Of a stretch of DNA of 62,823 nt, positions 51,150 to 62,823 are shown piece after piece (within the stretch, counting starts at the first letter, position 1; each line of letters begins with the position of its first letter). This stretch comes from Welwitschia mirabilis (taxonomy: Eukaryota), in the NCBI GenBank assembly GCA_051453625.1, contig JBOZIK010000001.1:38093297-38156119 (forward strand), written 5' to 3'. The position numbers and the translations under genes were made by a program. The notes under the pieces are model-generated. The model was not told the origin of the DNA and did no database searches. It saw only the letters and a list, made by a program, of their open reading frames with translations.

Positions 51150-54100
51150 TCCTACCATGTCTACCTCATCCCAAAATCAAAAGCAACATGTCTTACCACA
51201 TCCACTTCTTGTCATTAGAACCCTTACAAGAACTTCTACTTATACCAATGTTAATGTCACCCTTAGAGATCTCATAGCAAATAAGAAAAGTGAAATTCAA
51301 ACTTCTTTTGACTGACCTCCCGATGATGATGTTCAACTCCATAACCTAAATGCATATTCTACCTTTAGTAAAGAACCCGATGAAGATCCTTTACAATACA
51401 TCACCAATTTAAAACAACTAGTCCTCACTTTCGAAAATGGTAAAAAATGAATAAGTGATAGAATCTAGATGTTTATCTTCCCTATCACTTTAAGAGATAA
51501 AGAAAAATTATGGCTTAAAATGATATCCCAAAAAAGTCTAAAATCTTGAATTCAAGTTCAGGAAGCCTTCATTAAGAGATTTATGAGTGAAATCATCATC
51601 CATAAGTTTAAGAAATAAGTCACCAAGTTTCAATAAATGCCTAATAAAGATTATTTTTTTGCTTATGAAAGATTTTTTGTTGCTTTACATTTGAACCCTA
51701 TAGATGCCTTTTCATAGGTAGAAGTTATTGACTATTTTTACAGTGGATTAAATAGTTACACAAAGCAACTTTTAGGTTTTTCATATGAAGCAAACTTGTT
51801 GAATCAAACCTTATATGATGCTTGAAAAGTATTGGAAGACTTGGTAGAAGTGACCCAAACATGGCCTAACCCTCACCTAGAAAAAATCAAATTGTATGCC
51901 AAATCATTAAAGATCTAAAGAAAGTAAAACATGAGAAAAATGAAATAAGAACAAAAAATAAACCAATTAATTTCATAAAATATTTCACCTATACCTTAGA
52001 AAAGTACACACAAATGATTCTAGATGTAAAGGTGGAAATAAAGAAAAGTGAAGTTGTAGTTCCTACCCGTGATTTTTATGAAGATAGTTACTATGTTACA
52101 AAAGAATGTCCCTTGCTTCTAACTTATAAAGGAAAAATTTATGAGGAAGTTTATGCCTTTAATCAGAGATCTTCAAACTACAACCAAAACCAAAATCAAA
52201 GACAAGTCCAAAATCATAACAACTTTTAACATAGGATGAGTGATCAACCCAACTCTAGAAATTTTAAAACAAACCATCCTAAGTTCCAACCTTTCAAAAA
52301 TATATTTGAAAACTCAAAATTTTAATTCAATAACTAAAACAACTTGGTAAGCTTATTTAACTTCCAAAACCATAATGGTCCTCTTAGGAATTTTATTAAG
52401 GAGTTAAGAAAATCACAAGAAAAAACCAACTTAAACATTAAAAAAACTAACACCAACGTTGAAAACCTTATGAGTATTCTCCAACAAACTATGCTTATCA
52501 ACTAAAGACTATAAGGATTTCTTGCCACTCAACCTTTATCAAACCCAAATAAAGTAAGAAAAGACTATAAGGTAGTGACAAGAAGTGGAAATAACAGAAC
52601 TCCTCTTACTCATGAGGCTTCAACATCACAAAGTAACAAAAATGATAAGGAAAAGGTTATAGAAATCTTAGAAAACCACTTTTTTCATTTCATTAAGAAA
52701 CAAAAATAAAAACTCTTCACAAAAGAAACTTGCTACTTCATGACTTGATAGGATTAACACAAACCCTATTTTTTATGATTATTAAAATTATTAATACAAA
52801 ATATGAGTATCAACTTGTCATTTTAGAAACTTTTGTAAGAAAACCTAAAATATTTGAAGCTATGCAAAGACTTAATAAGAAAAAAACAAAAATAAGCCAT
52901 TCCTAGTAAAGTATTCCTAGCTTCATCCACTAGTAATTTAGTTTCCCAAAAATATCCAAAGTTTAAAAATCTAGAAGTGACAACTGTGAGTGTCACTTTA
53001 GAAGGAAACCATAGGATTAAGAAATCCATGATAGATACTGGAGCTAGTGTAAATATCATTCCCTTTTACATTTTTCAAATATTTGATTTGGAAGAAAGAG
53101 TAGAACCTCCACGGATTACCTTAGAGTTAGCTAATAATTTTATGAAGAAATTGTTAGGTGTGATTAAGGACTTGGTCATTTAGATAGAAGAATAATTTTA
53201 TCCCATTGATGTTGTTGTTATAGAAGTTCAGCACCATGATGGATATCCCTTATTTCTAGGTAGATATTTCTTTGCAACAATTCATTGTATCATAGATATA
53301 AGAACCGGATTGATGAAGTATCATTTTGGGAATAAACATTTTTCAATAATAGTTTTTGATGCAGCGAAAAAAGATTTAGGCAATAATTTAAGTGTGGAGG
53401 AAGACATTGGGCCAAATCTATTTTTATAGCATATTCACTTGAGGAAAGATGGTCTTTACTTCATAAACTAACCCTATTTGATGAAAAATTAGAAGTATAC
53501 TACCTATATGTTTTTGATGATCAACTTGATTTTAACCATCTAATGATCTGAAGAGTAGAGACTCTGAGTCTGTCAACTATGTAAAAGTCCAAAAATTTAG
53601 TAGGCTTAATATTTCTTATTTTGAGTGTGGTCATCCACTACTAACATTTGGATGATAGTCTGTTATTCTAAATATTTTCTAAAAACTAAAAATTTGAGCT
53701 TAAACTTGAACTTGAAACCTTTGAATAGTGGACTAAAATACATTTTCTGAATAGCAACTTTAACAAATCCTTGATTATCAATAAAAACCTTACCTCTCAA
53801 TAAGAATCGAGTCTTATCTCTCTTTTGAAATCTAAGGTAAATATGTTTGCTTGGTCCTATAACAATTTAATAGCCATGCCCATGTCCATTGTGCAACATA
53901 AATCTACCTTAAAGAAAATTCTAAACCTATGAGGAAACCCCAATATAGACTCAATTCAGCCCTTAAACAAATTATAAAAGATGAAATCATAAAATTAATG
54001 GATGATAGAATCATTTACTCTATTATTGATAGTAAGTGGAATAATCCCTTAATGGTAGTTCCAAAAAAGAGTGGGAAATGGCAAATGTGGATAGACTTTC

Positions 54101-56660
54101 AAAACTTAATGAAGTAGTCAAAAAAGACCACTATACTTTACCTTTTCTTGATTATATTCTTGATAGGATTTAAGGTTATGCTTTTTACTATTTTCTTGAT
54201 GGTTAGAGAAATTACAACCAAGTTTGCATTATTAGTGAGAACAAGCCAAAGTCACTTTTGCTTCTCCTTTTAGCACTTTTATATTTAGATGCATAGCTTT
54301 TAGACTTTATAATACTCCTAGTACTTTCTAGCCTACTATGATGGGTATGTTTTCTAATATACTTGAGGATTTCATTGATATTTTTATGGATGACTTATTT
54401 ATTTATGCTAAAAATTTTAAATAAATATTAGATCAACTAGAGAAAGTCTTAAACCATTGCATTTTTAGTGTCCTCCACTTGAGTAGGAAAAAGAGTCTAT
54501 TTATTAATGAAAATGGAATTGTTTTAGGTCACCATATCTTGAGAGAAGGGATTAGGATGGATGCTTATAAAGTTAGTATTATTTAAAACATGAGTCCTCC
54601 TACAAATGTTAAATAAGTTTTATCTTTTCTTAGTCATTGTTTTTTTTACTGTTAGTTCATTTATGATTATGCTACTATTTATAAACCCCTTTACTTTTTA
54701 CTAGAGAAAGAAGCCAAATTTGAAAGGAACGAATCTTATCAACTTACTTTCGTTAGGATTAAACATAAATTATCTTATGCTTTTATAGTAATAGGACCAA
54801 ATTGGAAGCTTAATTTTGATCTAATATGTGATGTGAGTAATTTTTTTATGGATGGTATTTTTTATCAAAAATATTAGAATAATTTTAAATTTATATCTTA
54901 TCATAGCAAATATTTGTCTATAGATCAAATGAATTATACTACTACAGAGAAAGGAATGCTAGCCATTATCTTTTGCCTTAATTCTCTTAGACATTATCTT
55001 TTAGAATTTCATACTAATGTTTATACTGACCATGTTGCCATTTGTTACTTCNNNNNNNNNNNNNNNNNNNNNNNNNNNNNNNNNNNNNNNNNNNNNNNNN
55101 NNNNNNNNNNNNNNNNNNNNNNNNNNNNNNNNNNNNNNNNNNNNNNNNNNNTTTATTACCTCATGACCAAGAAAGATTCTAGTGCATGTTTGATTAAATG
55201 GATCCTTCTTATGCAAGAGTTTAACTTATCCATCATAGATAAAGTAGGGAAGCATAATTCTATTATCGATTACTTATCTCAACTTCCTTCTCCTCTAGAT
55301 GATACTGTCATTGATGATTTATTTCTTGATGAGTAGCTTTTCACTATTTTTTCTTCTCATCCTCCTCCTTGGTATGTTAACATTATTAACTATCTTGTGA
55401 CTATGAAAACACCATAGCACTAGTCCTGTAACCAATGCAAATATTTTCTCTATAGGATAGGTAACTATGAATGGATAGAGCCACCTTTTTACAATAGGTG
55501 TAAAAATCAAATTATGATAAAATGTGTGCCTGATTGAGAGTTACCTAAAATCCTTCATCTTTGTCATGATAGTGTTTGAGAAGGGCATTTTAGTGGATAT
55601 AGAACTATTATAAAAATCCTCCATTCTAGTTTTTACTGGCCTTCTCTTTTTTGTGATTCTTTTAATTTTACTAGAAGGAGTGATTCTTGTCAGGGTTACA
55701 GTAGCATTGATAATTCTTAAGAAATGCCTCTTAGACGTATTATTGAGTGTGAGTCTTTTGATTATTGGGGTATTGATTTTAAAGTTCCTATTCACCCATC
55801 TTCTTTTAATAAATATTATGTTTTAGTAGTTGTGGATTATATGACTAAATAGGTTGAAGCCATACCTACTTCTTTGAATGATGCCTAAGCTATTTGTCAT
55901 TTTTTTAGAACTTATATCTTTTAGAGGTTTTATTTTTCTAAAGTTATTATTAGTAATCAGGGTACTCATTTCATTAATCAAAATTTTAAGAAACTTCTTT
56001 TGTTCATTGGTGTAGAACATAGAGTAGCTTATGCTTATTATCTTCAAACCAATGAACAAGTTGAAAATGCCAACAAAGAAATAAAGAAAATGTTATAAAA
56101 ACTTGTTTGTATTAATAACAAGTTATGGGATTTTAAAATTAACAATGTAATTTGGGCTTACCATACTACTTGACATACTTGTTTTGATTTTTCATCTTAC
56201 AAACTTGTATATGGTAAAGTTTGTGTGTTATCAATTGATGTGTGTTATAATTCTTATCGTGTATCTCATTAACTTAATATTACAGATTTTGATAAAAACC
56301 TTAAATATAGATTAGCTTAATTAGATCATCTTAATGAAAAAAGAACTTGTACATACACTGTTGATTAATCCATAAAGCCAAGCAAAGTTTAAACATGATA
56401 AACCTCTTTTTCATAAAAAGTTTGAACCCAGTCAACTTATTATATAACACTAGAGTTCATCTTTTGAATAACAAGTTAATCTCTAAATGGTTAAGTTTTT
56501 ATATTGTTGAGAAAGTGCATCTTAATGTCTTAGTTACAGTTTTAAACTTAGAAACTAAAGAGATTTATAATGTTAATGAACAATAATTGAAATTACATGA
56601 AGGATATTTAGATGTAACCATGAACATAGAAGTACTTATTTTAGATGTTTTCCTCGATGA
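51150..56660 (+). pseudogene. Athila-like gag-pol, degraded
   Basis: IFPITLRDKEKLWL (gag), MIDTGASVNIIP (PR), QYRLN..LK..IKDEI.KL...IIY.I.DS.W..P..VVPKKSGKW.M.IDF, IFMDD (RT), NYTTTEK.MLAI.F (RH), WGIDF, VVDY.TK.VEA (INT). No chromodomain seen. Confidence 0.93.
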
Positions 56661-58571
56661 GAAGGACTTCTTTACTATTATTGTCTGAGTTCTTTCTTAT
56701 CCTATTCTTTTGGTTGATATTGCTTTATGAACTTTTATGACTAGTTTTATACTTGAGCATTTATAGTAGTAAGCTTGGATTCACCTAATATTTAGACATT
56801 TCTATGTCTATGGATTTTATTTGATGGAATATGCCTTATTTTTTTATGTTTTTTTTAATGGTGTTAAGTTCTTAGGTTGTTTAGGAGTGTTCTTTTCTAT
56901 TTTTTATCTTACTTATTTACCTTTATCTTTTTTGCGTGTATGATTATATGGAAATTTTTGGGAAAAAAAAGAAATAATGATCATGAGCTATTATATTTTA
57001 TACTTCAAAGAAAAATACATGGTTACCATAATGTTCTACCACACTAGCGTAAATATTTTTGAAAGAAAACTTTGGAAATGTTCGTAGCTATAGGAACTCC
57101 ACTGGGGATTAGTTGGCCATACTTCACAAGTTCCTACTCCTCTAATAGTTACACTTCCCTTATCCTAGAAAAAATTAAAACTTTGAAATTAAGAATTAAT
57201 AGTATTGCTGATATCATTAGAGAAATTGTTTATTTCCTAGACTCTTAGTATTCCCACTTGATCATTTCACTTTTGAAGATTTGGATGAGTTTATGGAATG
57301 AGAATATGTGAGTTCATTTCTAAGGAACTTTTAATTTTAACATTCATTATTATATGCACTTAAAGCTTTACTATTATCATAACCACTACTTTTTAAGTGA
57401 ACTTTTTGAACTATCTACATTTTATAATGTATATTTGCTTAATATGATGTTTTCCTTAGAAGTTTACTAGGTTAGTACTTAGGATAGGTAAACAATCTTT
57501 TCCTTATTCCTTATATCCATTTTTACTCTATGTTTCTTCGATTTTTGAATTTAGGATTTTAAATTTATTTTTGCATTTTCTTATTATTTTGTAGAACTTT
57601 AATCATTTAGCAGTTTTCTTACTATTTAATCATGTTAAATTATTTTTCCAAAAGCATTTTAATAACTTTAAAAGAACATCTTTTCATTTCCAAGTTTTTA
57701 TAAGTTCTCTTATAGCTTATGGAGTTTTGAGTTTATCATGCTTTCATTTTCTATTTGAGTAGATTCATGTAGTTTTTTTTATAGGTTTCAACCTAGATAG
57801 TCTAACCTCTTTAGCCATAGTTTTTTCTTTCTTGTATGTTTATTATTTTTCCTTTGTTTTTCTTGGTTTTCTATTTGATTTTTAGTCTTTCTGTATTCTT
57901 CTGTTCAGAGCTACTTCTTAAATGATCATATCTGAGCCTAAGATTTATGGTTGACTTTTTTTTCTTTTTGAAAATCTTTTTCACACCCTATCATCTACTA
58001 GATTATCTAGATGACGCGAGGTGGATGATGGTTTTTTTTTTTTTTTTGAGAGTCATTCTAGGGCTATCGTCTGGATGCCACAACTAGATGATAATGCAAT
58101 AAAATCATAGTCCAAACTCCTTTTCCTTCATTTTCTCTTGTTTTCTCATCATTTTCATCCATTCATTTGAGAGATGATGATCCCTTTAGTTTGTATCAGC
58201 ATTCTAGAAGCTGTTCCACTTAATTTCATTGCCAGATTTATGAGATTTTAGTAGATTTACAAAAATGAGGTATGATTCTCTCTCCTTCTATTTTTCATTT
58301 TACTCTTGTTTTTTAGCCTTTTGATATGTAGTTTTCAAATATCTAATTTAGTATTTTGCACTCTTCATTTTGGAATTTATGAATTTAAATTTTGCCACGT
58401 ATTTTTTGAGTTATGGATATTGTTACATATTACGAGGTGTTTTAAAAATTCCACCTTTCACATTTATTTTCTCACAAATTGTAAGTTAAAATGTAGTAGT
58501 TTTTTAGGAAAAATTAATCAGTTTGATGTGTTCTATGTCTTTGCTAGATTAGATTTTTCATTTAAAAACTT

Positions 58572-60453
58572 TATTATGGTGTGAATTTATGCAATCTTGA
58601 AGTCCTTTAGGTAAACCTGTAAGTCATATAACTTGTAGAAAACATAGGCTAGTATAGACAAGAGTTCATCTGAATGTCATAATCCCAATGAAGGCACTAG
58701 TCTCAGAGTTAGAAAATTGATTTCCAAAGGTAGTTTTTAGTTTTTTATCTTTTACTAACTAAAATTAAATAATGAAGTAAATGTAATGCAAGTAAATGAA
58801 AATGAAATACAAGTGAATGGAAATGAAAATGAAATGGATTCTTTTGGTTTCTAATCCTTCTGTTATAAGGACTAGCTTCTAGCCTTTTTATCACAAAGAC
58901 TATCTTTTCTATAATTCATATCAATGAAGAAGAGTATCTACTAATTCTTAATCAACATAAACTATTAGATCTATTAAGTAGAATATGCAATATGTAATAT
59001 GAATGAAATATAAATGTAATGCAAGCCTACTACTAACCAATATCAACCTTAACAAAGATTGCCCTCATGATCTAAATAAATCGTAGATATGTCATTACTA
59101 TAAATAACTTAAAGCATAAGGAACATTCACAGAATTGGAATAAAAGAGTATTTGTATTAATCAAAAGAACATTACATCCACTTACAACAGAATAACAACT
59201 CCTCAATGGAAGAGACATAGCCTAACACCAAGGCAATTCCTTTCTGCAGTCATGGGATGGACCTCCTACCATTAAGCTTCCATCACAAGCATATCAAGTA
59301 TAAAAGATGGTGGAAGTGAAGGATGGAAGGGGTATTTATAGTTTTTACAATGAATCGAANNNNNNNNNNNNNNNNNNNNNNNNNNNNNNNNNNNNNNNNN
59401 NNNNNNNNNNNNNNNNNNNNNNNNNNNNNNNNNNNNNNNNNNNNNNNNNNNNNNNNNNNATATAAACTATGAAGTCTACCAAGTAGAATATGCAATATAT
59501 AATATGGAATTGAAATAAAAACCTAAATTAAACAAGGTCAACCTTAATAAAGGTTACCCTCATGATCTAAATAAATCATAAAACTATCACTTAACTATAA
59601 CCAACTTAAACTATAAGGGACATTTGTAGAATTAGAATGAAAATAGTATTTGTATTAATTAAAAGAACTTTACATCCACTTACAATAGATTAATAACACC
59701 TCAATGAAAGAGACTCATCCTAACACTAAGAAACCCCCTTTCTACAGCCATTGGATAGACCTCTTGACTTTCAATCTTTCATCATAGGCATATCAAGTAT
59801 AAAAGATGGTTTGGAAGTGAAGAAGGGAAGGGTATTTATAGTTTTATAATGAAATTTCTAGAATCATAACCCTAAACATTGGTGAAGAAGCCCCTAGTAG
59901 CTCACATGGATCACTTGAATTAATTTACAATAATTTTTATTTCTAAACATGTAAAAATAGATGTCGTCCTGCCTGTCGTTGGATGACATAGGGAATGTCA
60001 CCATGTCTCAAATGTCTTCATGCCTCTCTGTTAGCTTGCAACCTTTGTCTATGTATCTAAGATCATCATCCTAACTATCGTGGAGATGACACAGGGGATG
60101 ATGCCTTCATATACTCCATGTGCTTCATGTACTGTCATGTGCTGCCATGTGTTGCTATGTCATGATGGATAGCGGTGCTATTGTCCTCTTGATCATGTGA
60201 ACAATAGTGGAAATGACACATCTCCTAAGCTCCTTAAGTAGAGTAAATCAGTTTTATTTATCTTTAGTCTTCCTTCAATATGCCAAGTATCAAAACATGC
60301 TTAAAATGCCTCCAATTATGCCAAGAATTATGTGTTTTCATGATCATCCTATTATCTTATCATAATTAGTAGAATTACATCTAAACCTTTATAAATATCT
60401 TGAAAAAGTACTCCTAATACACCATTAATTTCCTATAAATTGGCATTGTAACA
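58572..60453 (-). mobile_element. Family-A LTR sequence on minus strand spanning a gap (two overlapping diverged pieces)
   Basis: Starts TGTTACAATGCC at 60453 after the PPT (60454-60477). Its end at 58572 matches the reverse complement of AATTCACACTGCAACA. ~58950-59355 and 59460-59853 are paralogous. Confidence 0.82.
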
Positions 60454-62065
60454 TAGCTTCCCTACTTAGCCTTGTCAGTTTCTGACAAAGTAGGCAATTA
60501 ACTATATTGCAAGAAAATTTGACTAAGATAATCATTAACTAAAGAAATGGAATTTGAGTTCTATTTATCATGCAGAATTAGATGATAAAATTCATTAATA
60601 CATTTTATATTGTAATCATAAACCCCCTACTTAAATACATTACAATAGTCCAAATAAATGTCAAAAACATAAAGAAGTCATAGAATGTAACTATAATAGT
60701 TCAGAAAAATGATAATGTGTATGCATAAATTAAGAAAGTAATGCTAAAACTAATGTGTAAGATTAAGTAGTAATAATTTCAAGGAGTAATGTATTAATGT
60801 TTTTTAATAATGGTAAAGTATAGGAGTAATCATGGCATTTCTTTTTTCTTTAAATGGTTTGAAATATAGTTATTGGAAAATCAATGAGTATTCTATTATG
60901 CTCCTGCTAAATAAATTTCATGAAATGTATTCAAGTAACATGAAAACATGTCCAAAAAAATGTCATAAATATGTATTCTAAAACCTTAAAATAATCTTTT
61001 AAAATTTAAAAATAATAAATTTTTACTTGATATCTTAGAAGAAAGCTCACAGAGCTATCTTGAAAAGAAAGATGTCCTAGATTACACAAAGGGAAAAAGG
61101 ATGATGGTCATTCCATCTGTTATAGGGATAACAGATGTGAGATGACAGTGTTAAAAATCAATTATTTAGATAGTTTAGAAAAATTCCAAAGAGATCTGAT
61201 AGAAACTAAGTAGTGGAAAGGCAGTAAAAAAATAGAAAGATGGTAAAAAGTGAAGAAATGTCTAGAAAAGCATAACCATGATAAAAGAAGCTTATGAGAT
61301 GTAAGAATGTAGGAAGTATAAGAAAGCAATGCATTAGAAGTATGCCTTCAATGTGTCCTAGAATTCATGAGTGTTCAAAATCTATAAGTGGATTCATGTA
61401 AAACAATAAAGCCATAAAGAAAAAACATTAGCATAGAACAAAAAGATTATATCAATCAAAGTGAAAGAGATGCATCAATTGATAGTGCTAAAAAAAAAAC
61501 AACCCTTATAAAGAAAGCCTATGAGTGAAAATAAAAAGTCAACTAGAGAATTACTAAATGATTAGGTTCTAATTATAATGTGGAAAAAGATACTATAATA
61601 ACTATGAAAAATTCCAAAAAAAATAAATAAGAGAAAACATAATGAAAATGAACAACTAGGAACATGTAAACGATTGTTTACATACCCAAAATTCATTCTA
61701 AACAAAGTCCCTTGGAAGAAATCATAAAATCACTTGATAAGGATGTATGACATAATGTAGAAATTCATAAAGTTCCACTTGAATGGACAATGATTATGAT
61801 GATATCAAGTATATCTAATGTTATTAATTAATAACTGATTAGATAAAAAGATGTTAAAATAGGAACTCAAAAGTTATCATCTCAAGACAATACTAGAATC
61901 TAAAAAAGTAAATTAATCATATGGAAGTAACATAAATAAAAAAATGAGTCTAGAAAATAAGAAATGCCTCTGATGCCACTAGGGATACTACTAATCTCAT
62001 AGCCTCTCACTGAATTTTTATTTTACCATGATGAGGGGAGTGTAATCACTATCAGAGGAGTAATC
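60454..62065 (-). mobile_element. Family-A 3' non-coding region, minus strand
   Basis: The PPT GACAAGGCTAAGTAGGGAAGCTA is on minus. 61640-61830 is the reverse complement of 19420-19600-type sequence. Partial conserved motif at 62026-62063. Confidence 0.8.
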
Positions 62066-62579
62066 ACCTTGTTGTGGTATGTATTTGTGCAATAGTTCAT
62101 GTTTCAATTTCAATCCTGTTAATTATAATAAGATGCAAAATACAACACGCTAGNNNNNNNNNNNNNNNNNNNNNNNNNNNNNNNNNNNNNNNNNNNNNNN
62201 NNNNNNNNNNNNNNNNNNNNNNNNNNNNNNNNNNNNNNNNNNNNNNNNNNNNNNNNNNNNNNNNNNNNNNNNNNNNNNNNNNNNNNNNNNNNNNNNNNNN
62301 NNNNNNNNNNNNNNNNNNNNNNNNNNNNNNNNNNNNNNNNNNNNNNNNNNNNNNNNNNNNNNNNNNNNNNNNNNNNNNNNNNNNNNNNNNNNNNNNNNNN
62401 NNNNNNNNNNNNNNNNNNNNNNNNNNNNNNNNNNNNNNNNNNNNNNNNNNNNNNNNNNNNNNNNNNNNNNNNNNNNNNNNNNNNNNNNNNNNNNNNNNNN
62501 NNNNNNNNNNNNNNNNNNNNNNNNNNNNNNNNNNNNNNNNNNNNNNNNNNNNNNNNNNNNNNNNNNNNNNNNNNNNNNN

Positions 62580-62823
62580 GAGAATGTTAAATACTATTGA
62601 AGATGATTAGGGATCGAGGGGGAGAGCTTTATTTATAGGTAGAAAGGGAAAAGGGACTAACAGAAAAGTATAACAGAAACTATAGCTAACATGAAAGGGA
62701 AAGTCACAATTAACAAGCAACAACTTGGGAATATCATCTATAAAAGTATCAGAGGACAGTGTCGTCCAGGTGTTCATCTGGACGATGGAGAAGACGACAG
62801 GGTTTTACAATGAGTTATCTTAG
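62580..62823. mobile_element. Probable LTR fragment after last gap
   Basis: TATTTATAGG (TATA on minus) and the family-A palindrome GTCGTCCAG...CTGGACGA...GACGAC. Confidence 0.5.

Larger units (their letters stand above)
49323..58571 (+). mobile_element. Near-complete family-A Athila-like element (5' LTR 49323-50413, PBS ~50417-50434, gag-pol, 3' non-coding region; 3' LTR not seen)
   Basis: TATTGCACTACC...CACTGCGATA LTR and degenerate PBS TGTCACCATTAGCAGGAA, then gag, PR, RT, RH and INT in gypsy order. Confidence 0.85.

Overview
A very AT-rich, CpG-depleted, transposon-only region of a plant nuclear genome assembly with six N gaps. I find no intact host gene, RNA gene or CRISPR array. It is a nest of decayed LTR retrotransposons: (i) many copies of an Athila-like Ty3/gypsy family ('family A': LTR TGTTGC...GCAACA, about 1.0-1.35 kb, tRNA-Asp-type PBS, PPT GACAAGGCTAAGTAGGGGGCTA); (ii) two copies of a second Athila-like family on the minus strand ('family B'); (iii) a plus-strand Ty1/copia element, a minus-strand Sirevirus-like copia element and a Sirevirus-like solo LTR; (iv) a chromovirus-like integrase remnant; (v) the right end of a CACTA DNA transposon. 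All coding regions are pseudogenised, largely by C>T/G>A changes. The best candidate for something undescribed is a ~165-nt, GC-enriched, apparently base-paired motif that recurs downstream of integrase in four diverged family-A copies. Also notable are a recurring GTCATC...GATGAC palindrome, a gag-protease-only derivative, and a microhomology junction fusing an LTR start to a protease active-site motif. All alignments and boundaries were made by eye and internal coordinates are approximate.
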